DNA of 64,000 nucleotides from Nemertoderma westbladi. Lineage: Eukaryota; Animalia; Xenacoelomorpha. A program made the translations under genes and the position numbers. The DNA lies in NCBI GenBank assembly GCA_032718475.1, contig JAUCBJ010000166.1, forward strand, positions 15,264 through 79,263, read 5' to 3'. The notes beneath the pieces are model-generated. The model ran no database searches. It saw nothing but the letters and a program-made list of their open reading frames with translations, and had not been told where the DNA came from. Each line of letters begins with the position of its first letter. Position 1 is the stretch's first letter. Shown piece after piece: positions 26,685-41,312 of this stretch.

Positions 26685-28150
26685 TTGCATATCATTAAAA
26701 ACTGTAGCATTCACTTTGATTATAAATATAATCGTATATTATTTAGTATAAGAACGCTAATATGGTGTCACACACATCAACGAAACAATCTGGAATTAGA
26801 TACAACCCTAATTGAAAGATTGCAGGCTTCACAATTTGCCATTGATAAAACTTTACAACTGTGGACAATAGATGTCTTAGAAACAAGTAAAAACAAAGAT
26901 AATTTAGAGTTGCTGAAGTTGATGATGGGTGACAGACAGGCAACCATGGGAAGGCTCATTGCTACGAAAGTGAAACAAAGTGAAGATCGCCATCAAATAT
27001 GTGAAAAAAGGTTAAAAAATGCATAGGCAATTACAGATAATCCTCAGGCTGCATTACCAGACATTGACACTTCCATGGATGAAAGCTGCAATGAGGAATG
27101 TACTGCCACATATAATGACCAACCAAGCAGTAGCACTACCATTTGGGGATGGCAGTCTCACAACAAGTTCACTGGAACACAAGCTTGTATCCCTCATGAT
27201 AACCTGAAATCGACAAAAATTGTTTCAGGAGGTGATAAGACAAGAATCTCAATATCATATGCAGCGGTTAATAAAGCCTGTAGAACAGTATTATCCGAAA
27301 TTTGCTTCTCTCCATTGGGATAGATACCAAGCTCCCACCAACACTACAAAACAGTTATGATGCAGAAGGGCGACTTGCTGTCTATGTTGGTACATCATAC
27401 AAAACTGCTTGGTGTACCGGCATTCAAACCTGCGACAGATAAAACCGCTGGTGATATTTATTATATCTGAGAAAACAGGTGAACTGTTAAACAAATGGGA
27501 GTGTACGGAATCCATTGTCAACCTCTTCGTTGACGCAACATCTAGTAACACTGGCCACAATTATGCAGCTTGTATATCTGTTCAGCAAAGACTCGATCGG
27601 TGTATAATGATTTATACATTGAGGTATCCCAATCTCCAGAGTATTGTAGGGAAGACTTTGATGAGTTTGCTCAACTTTGTAAAGTTTTTCATGGAAATGA
27701 TCAGGATAAACCAAATTAGTTCAAATATGCTGGTGCAATGCACAAACCTAAATGAATGAGCAAGTTGCTGTATAATCTGAAGATGTGTTTGATGGAAAAA
27801 CAGATAAATCTTCTACCAAAGGGAAACCATCGCATCCAAATTGTTGATGATTAATCGTGAATTTACTAACTTTGTCACTTTTATATATAGCAGCTGGTGG
27901 TTTTCATTTGGACATACGATTGAAGATACCAGAGGTGTCTGCTATTCAGTGCATTGAAAGCACTGAATAGACACCTCTGGTACCTTACTGAAGATTTGTA
28001 CCATTGGCTCTGTTATGTAGTAAACTGACTACTCCCGAGAAACGTGATCGTGCAGTTGGAAATCATACTTAAAGAGCTACCCAATGTTCTACTGAATTGG
28101 ACCAGGTTATGGGAAACCCATTTTTCCAGACATTTGACCCTGATCCACCC
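26685..28150 (+). mobile_element. Decayed DNA transposase (hAT superfamily-like, possibly hATm)
   Basis: Broken frames give DATSSNTG...AAC, FKYAGAMHKPK*MSKLLYNLK and ALNRHLWYLTED, motifs I recognise from this transposase group; many stops and shifts. Confidence 0.6.
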
Positions 28151-28207
28151 CAAATAGTGGCAATACGCAATAGGCTTCGCCTACTACGTGGCTATATCCC
28201 CACGAGG

Positions 28208-28360
28208 GAACTAAATTCGTACCCATTGGATCTAAATTCGCATCCATTGGAACTAAATTCGCATGCATTGGATCTAAATTCGCATCCATTGGAACTAAGT
28301 TCGTTTTGATATTCTGGGATTGGAACTAAGTTCGCCTCGATTGGAACTAAGTTCGCTTTG
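28208..28360. repeat. 21-bp short tandem repeat
   Basis: Unit gga(a/t)ctaaattcgcatccatt, about 4 copies plus variants. Confidence 0.7.
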
Positions 28361-28719
28361 TAAAATTTATTAACATTACCATTAATTAACATTCTAATGA
28401 AGCTATGCAGGTATTGTTGAAATGCGCTCATTTTATAAATATAATCACAGGATTTGTTGCGTCATATATCTTCAAGGGGGGGGGGGGGGGGGGGGGGGCT
28501 GAGCCCTCCCCTTGGCTACGCCACTGGGAAGAAGTAGAGTGGAAATAAATAAATGACACAGAGACAGACTGTTGTGAACTTATCCTGTTATGATTAGCAT
28601 TGTGAGCTTCTATATATATTAGTTTGTAGTTCATTTAGTAATGTAATCTCTGCAACCTAAATTTTGAGTTTACTTTTAGCATAATCGAATTAAATTTCAT
28701 TAAAAGGAACCATTTTACA

Positions 28720-29220
28720 GAGGTACAAGACAATCCATAAACGTTTTGAAAACCACGGCGCAAAAAATGGACCCTAATGGATATGGATAAGATATCATAC
28801 CAGCAACTTCAATAAGCTGCTTCATAAACACAATATTTAAAAGATATTATTACTGTCTTCAACAGTTTTTAACGAGTTCGAATATTTTGGCTATATTTTT
28901 GATAAGCCGAAATTTGTGAATACCAGGCTCATCAAAAATCTGGGCGAGGTAATTTTACAAACGCGAGTAATCCACTCGAATCTGATGACTATCGCGCCAT
29001 GAAGGAGAAGGTATTATTACGTTACGATGGTCCTCCAAAACTATTCAGCAGGTTATATTGTTCTTGGTACGCATCTGGGTCCTCGTCCTGGTTATGCGAT
29101 GAGACAGATTACATATGGCGACATCAATGTGCGGGAGGATAGTGGTAACCATGGCCCTAAGTATCTGGAATTAACTGAAAGAAAAATAAAAACTCCACAA
29201 CTATTACCCGGCATTTAGTT
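28720..29220 (+). mobile_element. Crypton/DUF3504-like tyrosine recombinase remnant
   Basis: Peptide HLGPRPG...RQITYGDI...D.G...YLELTERKIKT resembles the DUF3504 pattern G.Rg..e...L.wGDi...YL...ER..KT. Confidence 0.5.
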
Positions 29221-30059
29221 GGAGGATAAAATTATTTGCCCTATTTACATCCCAGATTTTTACATGTCGAAGGGTTTCCAAAAATAATTAATAATCAATA
29301 ATTATAAAACTTAAAAAAAGATAATGTTTAAAATAGTTTAAAACAACAAGAGGTCAAAAATCGGAATTATAATATAATTCATATAAAGAAACCATTGAAA
29401 AAAAAATAAAGGGTATAATTAAATAAAATTAAATAATTTCAAATATAATACCAAATTAACATATAATTAGCACAATACACAATTGATTATTACAATTGCT
29501 CATTTGGTGTTTTAATTGATGTAATTAATTCTAATGTTTCTTGATTATTTTTCTTGGAGGGGGGGAGGGGAGTGGTAAAAATGCACTGCAATTGATTAAG
29601 TCATTAATACTCCATCCCATATACCTTGCATTACAGCTTATCACTTGAGAACGAACCCATTACATCACATACGAGTTGGAAGTTAACAAAAACGCACTAA
29701 AAGTACCTACGGTACTTTATTTAATGTAATTTTGCATGTTATTAAAAAAAACAGGGAAATATAAAATAGTATTTATTGCCCCTAAAATCATTGAGAACGC
29801 GGTGAGAAAGCTGACAAAGTGCGTTTAAAGTGCGTCGTAAAACTACTATCCCTAGACCAGGACTTACCTTATTTGTATTTCTTTATCTTCTCATCCCCAA
29901 TGCTGCGGAATTAATTAATATATTAATTAATAAAAGCATCGTATTAATTAATTACAAACCGTAAAGAAGAAACCTATAGTCTATTGGACTTCAGACCTTT
30001 TGTGTGGCAGGATGCGAGGCGTTAAATGTCCGATTGTGAATAAATGCGATAAAGAAAGT

Positions 30060-30070
30060 TAATCTGATTA
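30060..30070. promoter_or_regulatory. P3-type paired-homeodomain dimer site TAATCTGATTA
   Basis: Exact TAAT-N3-ATTA palindrome ~490 bp upstream of the homeobox gene ATG. Confidence 0.4.
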
Positions 30071-30555
30071 GATTATGTAGATGGCAGCTGGTTAGACGAA
30101 TTCTCCCATTCAGTCCACAATCAAAAGGGCCATATCACTGGTCACACGAGGCAGCACTACCGCACACAATGACATGGCTGGTTAATGTGGCTAATCTTTA
30201 TAGTGTGTGTACTGTAAGTATGTATAGTCCCCTACTGCATGTCGTAGATTATACTCCACGACTCTGATTGAAAGGAAGGTAAGATTCAATTAAATAAATA
30301 ATGAGTTTCTCTACTAATTGGTCTCTATTAGGCTGCTAAATTGGGTTTAAATTGCTTATTGCACAGTTATATATAAAAGTCTATTAATTTTATGGGAATA
30401 AATTAAACATTCAAGTGGCGGAGTATACTATTCGTTACGCTTATAAACCATTTTGTAAAACATTTCTTTGTTCTAAATATTAAAACAACTCTTCAGTTTT
30501 CAAAAGGAGGCCACCATACATAGGTTTTTTTCTATTACGCTTTTTCATTAACACA

Positions 30556-30646
30556 ATGGCTCTCAATTACTCTATCGATTACTTGTTAGGTAACCAGGAA
30601 GACGTTCAATTTCCCTGTTATAAGACAAGTAGTAATAATAATAACG
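30556..30646 (+). CDS. Paired-class homeobox gene, coding exon 1 (MALNYSIDYLLG..., eh1/octapeptide-like)
   Basis: ATG in acaATGg context; YSIDYLL matches eh1 (F/Y)SIxxIL; donor G|GTTAGT at 30647, phase 1, compatible with exon at 41344. Confidence 0.8.
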
Positions 30647-33600
30647 GTTAGTAGTAGTAATAATAATAACGGTTAGTATTGGTAATAATAATAACGGTTA
30701 GTATTGGTAATAATAATAACGGTTAGTATTGGTAATAATAATAACGGTTAGTATTGGTAATAATAATAACGGTTAGTATTGGTAATAATAATAACGGTTA
30801 GTAGTGGTAATAATAATAACGGTTAATAGTGGTAATAATAATACCGGTTAGTAGTGGTAATAATAATAATGGTTAGTATTGGTAATAATAATAACGTTTA
30901 GTATTGGTAATAATAATAACGTTTAGTAGTGGTAATAATAATAACGGTTAATAGTGGTAATAATAATAACGGTTAGTAGTGGTAATAATAATAATGGTTA
31001 GTATTGGTAATAATAATAACGGTTAGTATTGGTAATAATAATAACGGTTAGTAGTGGTAATAATAATAACGGTTAATAGTGGTAATAATAATAACGGTTA
31101 GTAGTGGTAATAATAATAACGGTTAATAGTGGTAATAATAATACCGGTTAGTAGTGGTAATAATAATAATGGTTAGTATTGGTAATAATAATAACGGTTA
31201 GTATTGGTAATAATAATAACGGTTAGTAGTGGTAATAATAATAACGGTTAGTATTGGTAATAATAATAACGGTTAGTATTGGTAATAATAATAACGGTTA
31301 GTATTGGTAATAATAATAACGTTTAGTAGTGGTAATAATAATAACTATAAGTATTGTTAATAATAATAACGGTTAGTAGTGGTCATAATAATAACGGTTA
31401 GTAGTGGTAATAATAATAACGATTAGTATTGGTAATAATAATAACGTTTAGTAGTGGTAATAATAATAACTATTAGTATTGGTAATAATAATAACGGTTA
31501 GTAGTGGTCATAATAATAACGGTTAGTATTGGTAATAATAATAACGTTTAGTAGTGGTAATAATAATAACTATTAGTATTGGTAATAATAATAACGGTTA
31601 GTAGTGGTCATAATAATAACGGTTAGTAGTGGTAATAATAATAACGGTTAGTATTGGTAATAATAATAACGGTTAATAGTGGTAATAATAATAACGGTTA
31701 GTAGTGGTAATAATAATAACGGTTAGTATTGCTAATAATAATAACGTTTAGTAGTGGTAATAATAATAACTATTAGTATTGGTAATAATAATAACGGTTA
31801 GTAGTGGTCATAATAATAACGGTTAGTAGTGGTAATTATAATAACGGTTAGTATTGGTAGTAATAATAACGGTTAATAGTGGTAATAATAATAACGGTTA
31901 GTAGTGGTAATAATAATAACGGTTAGTATTGCTAATAATAATAACGTTTAGTAGTGGTAATAATAATAACTATTAGTATTGGTAATAATAATAACGGTTA
32001 GTAGTGGTCATAATAATAACGGTTAGTAGTGGTAATAATAATAACGGTTAGTATTGCTAATAATAATAACGTTTAGTAGTGGTAATAATAATAACTATTA
32101 GTATTGGTAATAATAATAACGGTTAGTATTGCTAATAATAATAACGGTTAGTAGTGGTCATAATAATAACGGTTAGTAGTGGTCATAATAATAACGGTTA
32201 GTAGTGGTAATAATAATAACTATTAGTATTGGTAATAATAATAACGGTTAGTAGTGGTCATAATAATAACGGTTAGTATTGGTAATAATAATAACGGTTA
32301 GTATTGGTAATAATAATAACTATTAGTATTGGTAATAATAATAACGGTTAGTAGTGGTCATAATAATAACGGTTAGTAGTGGTCATAATAATAACGGTTA
32401 GTAGTGGTCATAATAATAACGGTTAGTAGTGGTAATAATAATAACTATTAGTATTGGTAATAATAATAACGGTTAGTAGTGGTCATAATAATAACGGTTA
32501 GTATTGGTAATAATAATAACGGTTAGTATTGGTAATAATAATAACTATTAGTATTGGTAATAATAATAACGGTTAGTAGTGGTAATAATAATAACGGTTA
32601 GTATTGCTAATAATAATAACGTTTAGTAGTGGTAATAATAATAACTATTAGTATTGGTAATAATAATAACGGTTAGTAGTGGTCATAATAATAACGGTTA
32701 GTAGTGGTAATAATAATAACGGTTAGTATTGCTAATAATAATAACGTTTAGTAGTGGTAATAATAATAACTATTAGTATTGGTAATAATAATAACGGTTA
32801 GTATTGCTAATAATAATAACGGTTAGTAGTGGTCATAATAATAACGGTTAGTAGTGGTCATAATAATAACGGTTAGTAGTGGTAATAATAATAACTATTA
32901 GTATTGGTAATAATAATAACGGTTAGTAGTGGTCATAATAATAACGGTTAGTATTGGTAATAATAATAACGGTTAGTATTGGTAATAATAATAACTATTA
33001 GTATTGGTAATAATAATAACGGTTAGTAGTGGTCATAATAATAACGGTTAGTAGTGGTCATAATAATAACGGTTAGTAGTGGTCATAATAATAACGGTTA
33101 GTAGTGGTAATAATAATAACTATTAGTATTGGTAATAATAATAACGGTTAGTAGTGGTCATAATAATAACGGTTAGTATTGGTAATAATAATAACGGTTA
33201 GTATTGGTAATAATAATAACTATTAGTATTGGTAATAATAATAACGGTTAGTAGTGGTCATAATAATAACGGTTAGTAGTGGTAATAATAATAACGGTTA
33301 GTAATGGTAATAATAATAACTATTAGTATTGGTAATAATAATAACGGTTAGTAGTGGTAATAATAATAACGGTTAGTATTGGTAATAATAATAACGGTTA
33401 GTATTGGTAATAATAATAACTATTAGTATTGGTAATAATAATAACGGTTAGTAGTGGTCATAATAATAACGGTTAGTAGTGGTAATAATAATAACGGTTA
33501 GTAGTGGTAATAATAATAACGGTTAGTATTGGTAATAATAATAACGGTTAGTATTGGTAATAATAATAACTATTAGTATTGGTAATAATAATAACGGTTA

Positions 33601-36600
33601 GTAGTGGTCATAATAATAACGGTTAGTAGTGGTAATAATAATAACGGTTAGTAGTGGTAATAATAATAACGGTTAGTAGTGGTAATAATAATAACGGTTA
33701 GTATTGGTAATAATAATAACGGTTAGTAGTGGTAATAATAATAACGGTTAGTATTGGTAATAATAATAACGGTTAGTAGTGGTCATAATAATAACGGTTA
33801 GTATTGGTAATAATAATAACGGTTAGTATTGCTAATAATAATAACGGTTAGTAGTGGTAATAATAATAACGTTTAGTAGTGGTAATAATAATAACGGTTA
33901 GTAGTGGTAATAATAATAACGGTTAATAGTGGTAATAATAATAACGGTTAGTATTGGTAATAATAATAACGGTTAGTATTGCTAATAATAATAACGGTTA
34001 GTAGTGGTAATAATAATAACGGTTAGTAGTGGTAATAATAATAACGGTTAGTATTGGTAATAATAATAACGGTTAGTATTGCTAATAATAATAACGGTTA
34101 GTAGTGGTAATAATAATAACGGTTAGTAGTGGTAATAATAATAACGGTTAGTATTGGTAATAATAATAACGGTTAGTAGTGGTAATAATAATAACTATTA
34201 GTATTGGTAATAATAATAACGGTTAGTATTGGTAATAATAATAACGGTTAGTATTGGTAATAATAATAACGGTTAGTATTGGTAATAATAATAACGGTTA
34301 GTATTGGTAATAATAATAACGGTTAGTATTGGTAATAATAATAACTATTAGTATTGGTAATAATAATAACGGTTAGTATTGGTAATAATAATAACGGTTA
34401 GTATTGGTAATAATAATAACGGTTAGTATTGGTAATAATAATAACGGTTAGTAGTGGTAATAATAATAACGGTTAGTATTGGTAATAATAATAACGGTTA
34501 GTATTGGTAATAATAATAACGGTTAGTATTGGTAATAATAATAACGGTTAGTATTGGTAATAATAATAACGGTTAGTATTGGTAATAATAATAACGGTTA
34601 GTATTGGTAATAATAATAACGGTTAGTAGTGGTAATAATAATAACGGTTAGTAGTGGTAATAATAATAACGTTTAGTAGTGGTAATAATAATAACGGTTA
34701 GTAGTGGTAATAATAATAACGGTTAATAGTGGTAATAATAATAACGGTTAGTATTGGTAATAATAATAACGGTTAGTATTGCTAATAATAATAACGGTTA
34801 GTAGTGGTAATAATAATAACGGTTAGTAGTGGTAATAATAATAACGGTTAGTATTGGTAATAATAATAACGGTTAGTATTGCTAATAATAATAACGGTTA
34901 GTAGTGGTAATAATAATAACGGTTAGTAGTGGTAATAATAATAACGGTTAGTATTGGTAATAATAATAACGGTTAGTAGTGGTAATAATAATAACTATTA
35001 GTATTGGTAATAATAATAACGGTTAGTATTGGTAATAATAATAACGGTTAGTATTGGTAATAATAATAACGGTTAGTATTGGTAATAATAATAACGGTTA
35101 GTATTGGTAATAATAATAACGGTTAGTATTGGTAATAATAATAACTATTAGTATTGGTAATAATAATAACGGTTAGTATTGGTAATAATAATAACGGTTA
35201 GTATTGGTAATAATAATAACGGTTAGTATTGGTAATAATAATAACGGTTAGTAGTGGTAATAATAATAACGGTTAGTATTGGTAATAATAATAACGGTTA
35301 GTATTGGTAATAATAATAACGGTTAGTATTGGTAATAATAATAACGGTTAGTATTGGTAATAATAATAACGGTTAGTATTGGTAATAATAATAACGGTTA
35401 GTAGTGGTAATAATAATAACGGTTAGTATTGGTAATAATAATAACGGTTAATAGTGGTAATAATAATAACGGTTAGTAGTGGTAATAATAATAACGGTTA
35501 ATAGTGGTAATAATAATAACGGTTAATAGTGGTAATAATAATAACTATTAGTATTGGTAATAATAATAACGGCTAGTAGTGGTAATAATAATAACGGTTA
35601 ATAGTGGTAATAATAATAACGGTTAGTAGTGGTAATAATAATAACGGTTAATAGTGGTAATAATAATAACGGTTAATAGTGGTAATAATAATAACTATTA
35701 GTATTGGTAATAATAATAACGGCTAGTAGTGGTAATAATAATAACGGTTAGTAGTGGTAATAATAATAACGGTTAGTAGTGGTAATAATAATAACGGTTA
35801 ATAGTGGTAATAATAATAACGGTTAGTAGTGGTAATAATAATAACGGTTAGTAGTGGTAATAATAATAACGGTTAGTAATGGTAATAATAATAACGGCTA
35901 GTAGTGGTAATAATAATAACGGTTAGTAGTGGTAATAATAATAACGGTTAATAGTGGTAATAATAATAACGGTTAATAGTGGTAATAATAATAACTATTA
36001 GTATTGGTAATAATAATAACGGCTAGTAGTGGTAATAATAATAACGGTTAATAGTGGTAATAATAATAACGGTTAATAGTGGTAATAATAATAACGGCTA
36101 GTAGTGGTAATAATAATAACGGTTAGTAGTGGTAATAATAATAACGGTTAATAGTGGTAATAATAATAACGGTTAATAGTGGTAATAATAATAACTATTA
36201 GTATTGGTAATAATAATAACGGCTAGTAGTGGTAATAATAATAACGGTTAATAGTGGTAATAATAATAACGGTTAATAGTGGTAATAATAATAACGGTTA
36301 GTATTGGTAATAATAATAACGGTTAGTATTGGTAATAATAATAACGGTTAGTAGTGGTAATAATAATAACGGTTAATAGTGGTAATAATAATAACGGTTA
36401 ATAGTGGTAATAATAATAACTATTAGTATTGGTAATAATAATAACGGCTAGTAGTGGTAATAATAATAACGGTTAATAGTGGTAATAATAATAACGGTTA
36501 ATAGTGGTAATAATAATAACGGTTAATAGTGGTAATAATAATAACTATTAGTATTGGTAATAATAATAACGGCTAGTAGTGGTAATAATAATAACGGTTA

Positions 36601-37261
36601 ATAGTGGTAATAATAATAACGGTTAATAGTGGTAATAATAATAACGGTTAATAGTGGTAATAATAATAACTATTAGTATTGGTAATAATAATAACGGCTA
36701 GTAGTGGTAATAATAATAACGGTTAATAGTGGTAATAATAATAACGGTTAATAGTGGTAATAATAATAACGGTTAATAGTGGTAATAATAATAACTATTA
36801 GTATTGGTAATAATAATAACGGTTAGTAGTGGTAATTATAATAACGGTTAGTAGTGGTAATAATAATAACGGTTAGTATTGGTAATAATAATAACGGTTA
36901 GTAGTGGTAATAATAATAACGGTTAGTATTGGTAATAATAATAACGGTTAGTATTGGTAATAATAATAACGGTTAGTAGTGGTAATTATAATAACGGTTA
37001 GTAGTGGTAATAATAATAACGGTTAGTATTGGTAATAATAATAACGGTTAGTAGTGGTAATAATAATAACGGTTAGTATTGGTAATAATAATAACGGTTA
37101 GTATTGGTAATAATAATAACGGTTAGTATTGGTAATAATAATAACGGTTAGTAGTGGTAATAATAATAACGGTTAGTATTGGTAATAATAATAACGGTTA
37201 ATAGTGGTAATAATAATAACGGTTAGTATTGGTAATAATAATAACGGTTAGTAGTGGTAAT
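30628..37261. repeat. 25-bp minisatellite, about 265 copies, unit spans exon-1 end and donor
   Basis: Unit aataataataacG|GTTAGTa(g/t)tggt; first unit overlaps the exon. Confidence 0.95.
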
Positions 37262-37356
37262 CTTGCGGTTTTTATTAATTAAGAAGATTTAGAAGAATAA
37301 TTTTTATTCTCATTATATAATTTTTAATTAAGTTGGTGAATAAACTAATTTTGTAG

Positions 37357-40300
37357 AAACGTACAGAGTTAATGTCGGATGGCGAGTGTGGATGTGTTAA
37401 GTACCAGGTTAGGTTTACTATGAAACGTACAGAGTTAATGTCGGATGGCGAGTGTGGATGTGTTAAGTACCAGGTTAGGTTTACTATGAAACGTACAGAG
37501 TTAATGGCGGATGGCGAGTGTGGATGTGTTAAGTGCCAGGTTAGGTTTACTATGAAACGTACAGAGTTAATGGCGGATGGCGAGTGTGGATGTGTTAAGT
37601 ACCAGGTTAGGTTTACTATGAAACGTACAGAGTTAATGGCGGATGGCGAGTGTGGATGTGTTAAGTACCAGGTTAGGTTTACTATGAAACGTACAGAGTT
37701 AATGGTGGATGGCGAGTGTGGATGTGTTAAGTACCAGGTTAGGTTTACTATGAAACGTACAGAGTTAATGTCGGATGGCGAGTGTGGATGTGTTAAGTAC
37801 CAGGTTAGGTTTACTATGAAACGTACAGAGTTAATGTCGGATGGCGAGTGTGGATGTGTTAAGTACCAGGTTAGGTTTACTATGAAACGTACAGAGTTAA
37901 TGGCGGATGGCGAGTGTGGATGTGTTAAGTACCAGGTTAGGTTTACTATGAAACGTACAGAGTTAATGGTGGATGGCGAGTGTGGATGTGTTAAGTACCA
38001 GGTTAGGTTTACTATGAAACGTACAGAGTTAATGTCGGATGGCGAGTGTGGATGTGTTAAGTACCAGGTTAGGTTTACTATGAAACGTACAGAGTTAATG
38101 TCGGATGGCGAGTGTGGATGTGTTAAGTACCAGGTTAGGTTTACTATGAAACGTACAGAGTTAATGTCGGATGGCGAGTGTGGATGTGTTAAGTACCAGG
38201 TTAGGTTTACTATGAAACGTACAGAGTTAATGTCGGATGGCGAGTGTGGATGTGTTAAGTACCAGGTTAGGTTTACTATGAAACGTACAGAGTTAATGTC
38301 GGATGGCGAGTGTGGATGTGTTAAGTACCAGGTTAGGTTTACTATGAAACGTACAGAGTTAATGGCGGATGGCGAGTGTGGATGTGTTAAGTGCCAGGTT
38401 AGGTTTACTATGAAACGTACAGAGTTAATGGCGGATGGCGAGTGTGGATGTGTTAAGTACCAGGTTAGGTTTACTATGAAACGTACAGAGTTAATGGCGG
38501 ATGGCGAGTGTGGATGTGTTAAGTACCAGGTTAGGTTTACTATGAAACGTACAGAGTTAATGGTGGATGGCGAGTGTGGATGTGTTAAGTACCAGGTTAG
38601 GTTTACTATGAAACGTACAGAGTTAATGTCGGATGGCGAGTGTGGATGTGTTAAGTACCAGGTTAGGTTTACTATGAAACGTACAGAGTTAATGTCGGAT
38701 GGCGAGTGTGGATGTGTTAAGTACCAGGTTAGGTTTACTATGAAACGTACAGAGTTAATGGCGGATGGCGAGTGTGGATGTGTTAAGTGCCAGGTTAGGT
38801 TTACTATGAAACGTACAGAGTTAATGGCGGATGGCGAGTGTGGATGTGTTAAGTACCAGGTTAGGTTTACTATGAAACGTACAGAGTTAATGGCGGATGG
38901 CGAGTGTGGATGTGTTAAGTACCAGGTAGGTTTACTATGAAACGTACAGAGTTAATGGCGGATGGCGAGTGTGGATGTGTTAAGTACCAGGTAGGTTTAC
39001 TATGAAACGTACAGAGTTAATGGCGGATGGCGAGTGTGGATGTGTTAAGTACCAGGTTAGGTTTACTATGAAACGTACAGAGTTAATGGCGGATGGCGAG
39101 TGTGGATGTGTTAAGTGCCAGGTTAGGTTTACTATGAAACGTACAGAGTTAATGGCGGATGGCGAGTGTGGATGTGTTAAGTACCAGGTTAGGTTTACTA
39201 TGAAACGTACAGAGTTAATGGCGGATGGCGAGTGTGGATGTGTTAAGTACCAGGTTAGGTTTACTATGAAACGTACAGAGTTAATGGCGGATGGCGAGTG
39301 TGGATGTGTTAAGTGCCAGGTTAGGTTTACTATGAAACGTACAGAGTTAATGGCGGATGGCGAGTGTGGATGTGTTAAGTACCAGGTTAGGTTTACTATG
39401 AAACGTACAGAGTTAATGGCGGATGGCGAGTGTGGATGTGTTAAGTGCCAGGTTAGGTTTACTATGAAACGTACAGAGTTAATGGCGGATGGCGAGTGTG
39501 GATGTGTTAAGTACCAGGTTAGGTTTACTATGAAACGTACAGAGTTAATGGCGGATGGCGAGTGTGGATGTGTTAAGTACCAGGTTAGGTTTACTATGAA
39601 ACGTACAGAGTTAATGGCGGATGGCGAGTGTGGATGTGTTAAGTGCCAGGTTAGGTTTACTATGAAACGTACAGAGTTAATGGCGGATGGCGAGTGTGGA
39701 TGTGTTAAGTACCAGGTTAGGTTTACTATGAAACGTACAGAGTTAATGGCGGATGGCGAGTGTGGATGTGTTAAGTGCCAGGTTAGGTTTACTATGAAAC
39801 GTACAGAGTTAATGGCGGATGGCGAGTGTGGATGTGTTAAGTGCCAGGTTAGGTTTACTATGAAACGTACAGAGTTAATGGCGGATGGCGAGTGTGGATG
39901 TGTTAAGTACCAGGTTAGGTTTACTATGAAACGTACAGAGTTAATGGCGGATGGCGAGTGTGGATGTGTTAAGTACCAGGTTAGGTTTACTATGAAACGT
40001 TCAGAGTTAATGGCGGATGGCGAGTGTGGATGTGTTAAGTACCAGGTTAGGTTTACTATGAAACGTACAGAGTTAATGGCGGATGGCGAGTGTGGATGTG
40101 TTAAGTACCAGGTTAGGTTTACTATGAAACGTACAGAGTTAATGGCGGATGGCGAGTGTGGATGTGTTAAGTACCAGGTAGGTTTACTATGAAACGTACA
40201 GAGTTAATGGCGGATGGCGAGTGTGGATGTGTTAAGTGCCAGGTTAGGTTTACTATGAAACGTACAGAGTTAATGGCGGATGGCGAGTGTGGATGTGTTA

Positions 40301-41312
40301 AGTACCAGGTTAGGTTTACTATGAAACGTACAGAGTTAATGGCGGATCGCGAGTGTGGATGTGTTAAGTACCAGGTTAGGTTTACTATGAAACGTACAGA
40401 GTTAATGGCGGATGGCGAGTGTGGATGTGTTAAGTGCCAGGTTAGGTTTCCTATGAAACGTACCGAGTTAATGGCGGATGGCGAGTGTGGATATGTTAAG
40501 TACCAGGTTAGGTTTACTATGAAACGTACAGAGTTAATGGCGGATGGCGAGTGCGGATGTGTTAAGTACCAGGTTAGGTTTACTATGAAACGCTCAGAGT
40601 TAATGGCGGATAGCGAGTGTGGATGTGTTAAGTACCAGGTTAGGTTTACTATGAAACGTACAGAGTTAATGGCGGATGGCGAGTGCGGATGTGTTAAGCA
40701 CCAGGTTAGGTTTACTATGAAACGCACAGAGTTAATGGCGGATGGCGAGTGTGGATGTGTTAAGTACCAGGTTAGGTTTACTATGAAACGTACAGAGTTA
40801 ATGGCGGATGGCGAGTGTGGATGTGTTAAGTACCAGGTTAGGTTTACTATGAAACGTACAGAGTTAATGGCGGATGGCGAGTGTGGATGTGTTAAGTACC
40901 AGGTTAGGTTTACTATGAAACGTTCAGAGTTAATGGCGGATGGCGAGTGTGGATGTGTTAAGTACCAGGTTAGGTTTACTATGAAACGTTCAGAGTTAAT
41001 GGCGGATGGCGAGTGTGGATGTGTTAAGTACCAGGTTAGGTTTACTATGAAACGCACAGAGTTAATGGCGGATGACGAGTGTGGATGTGTTAAGTACCAG
41101 GTTAGGTTTACTATGAAACGTACAGAGTTAATGGCGGATGGCGAGTGTGGATGTGTTAAGTACCAGGTTAGGTTTACTATGAAACGTACAGAGTTAATGG
41201 CGGATGGCGAGTGTGGATGTGTTAAGCACCAGGTTAGGTTTACTATGAAACGTACAGAGTTAATGGCGGATGGCGAGTGTGGATGTGTTAAGTACCAGGT
41301 TAGGTTTACTAT
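37357..41312. repeat. 66-bp minisatellite, about 60 copies (51-nt exon-like segment plus GT donor)
   Basis: Starts exactly after ttttgtAG; unit aaacgtacag...gtaccag|GTTAGGtttactatg; three units are 65 bp. Confidence 0.95.
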
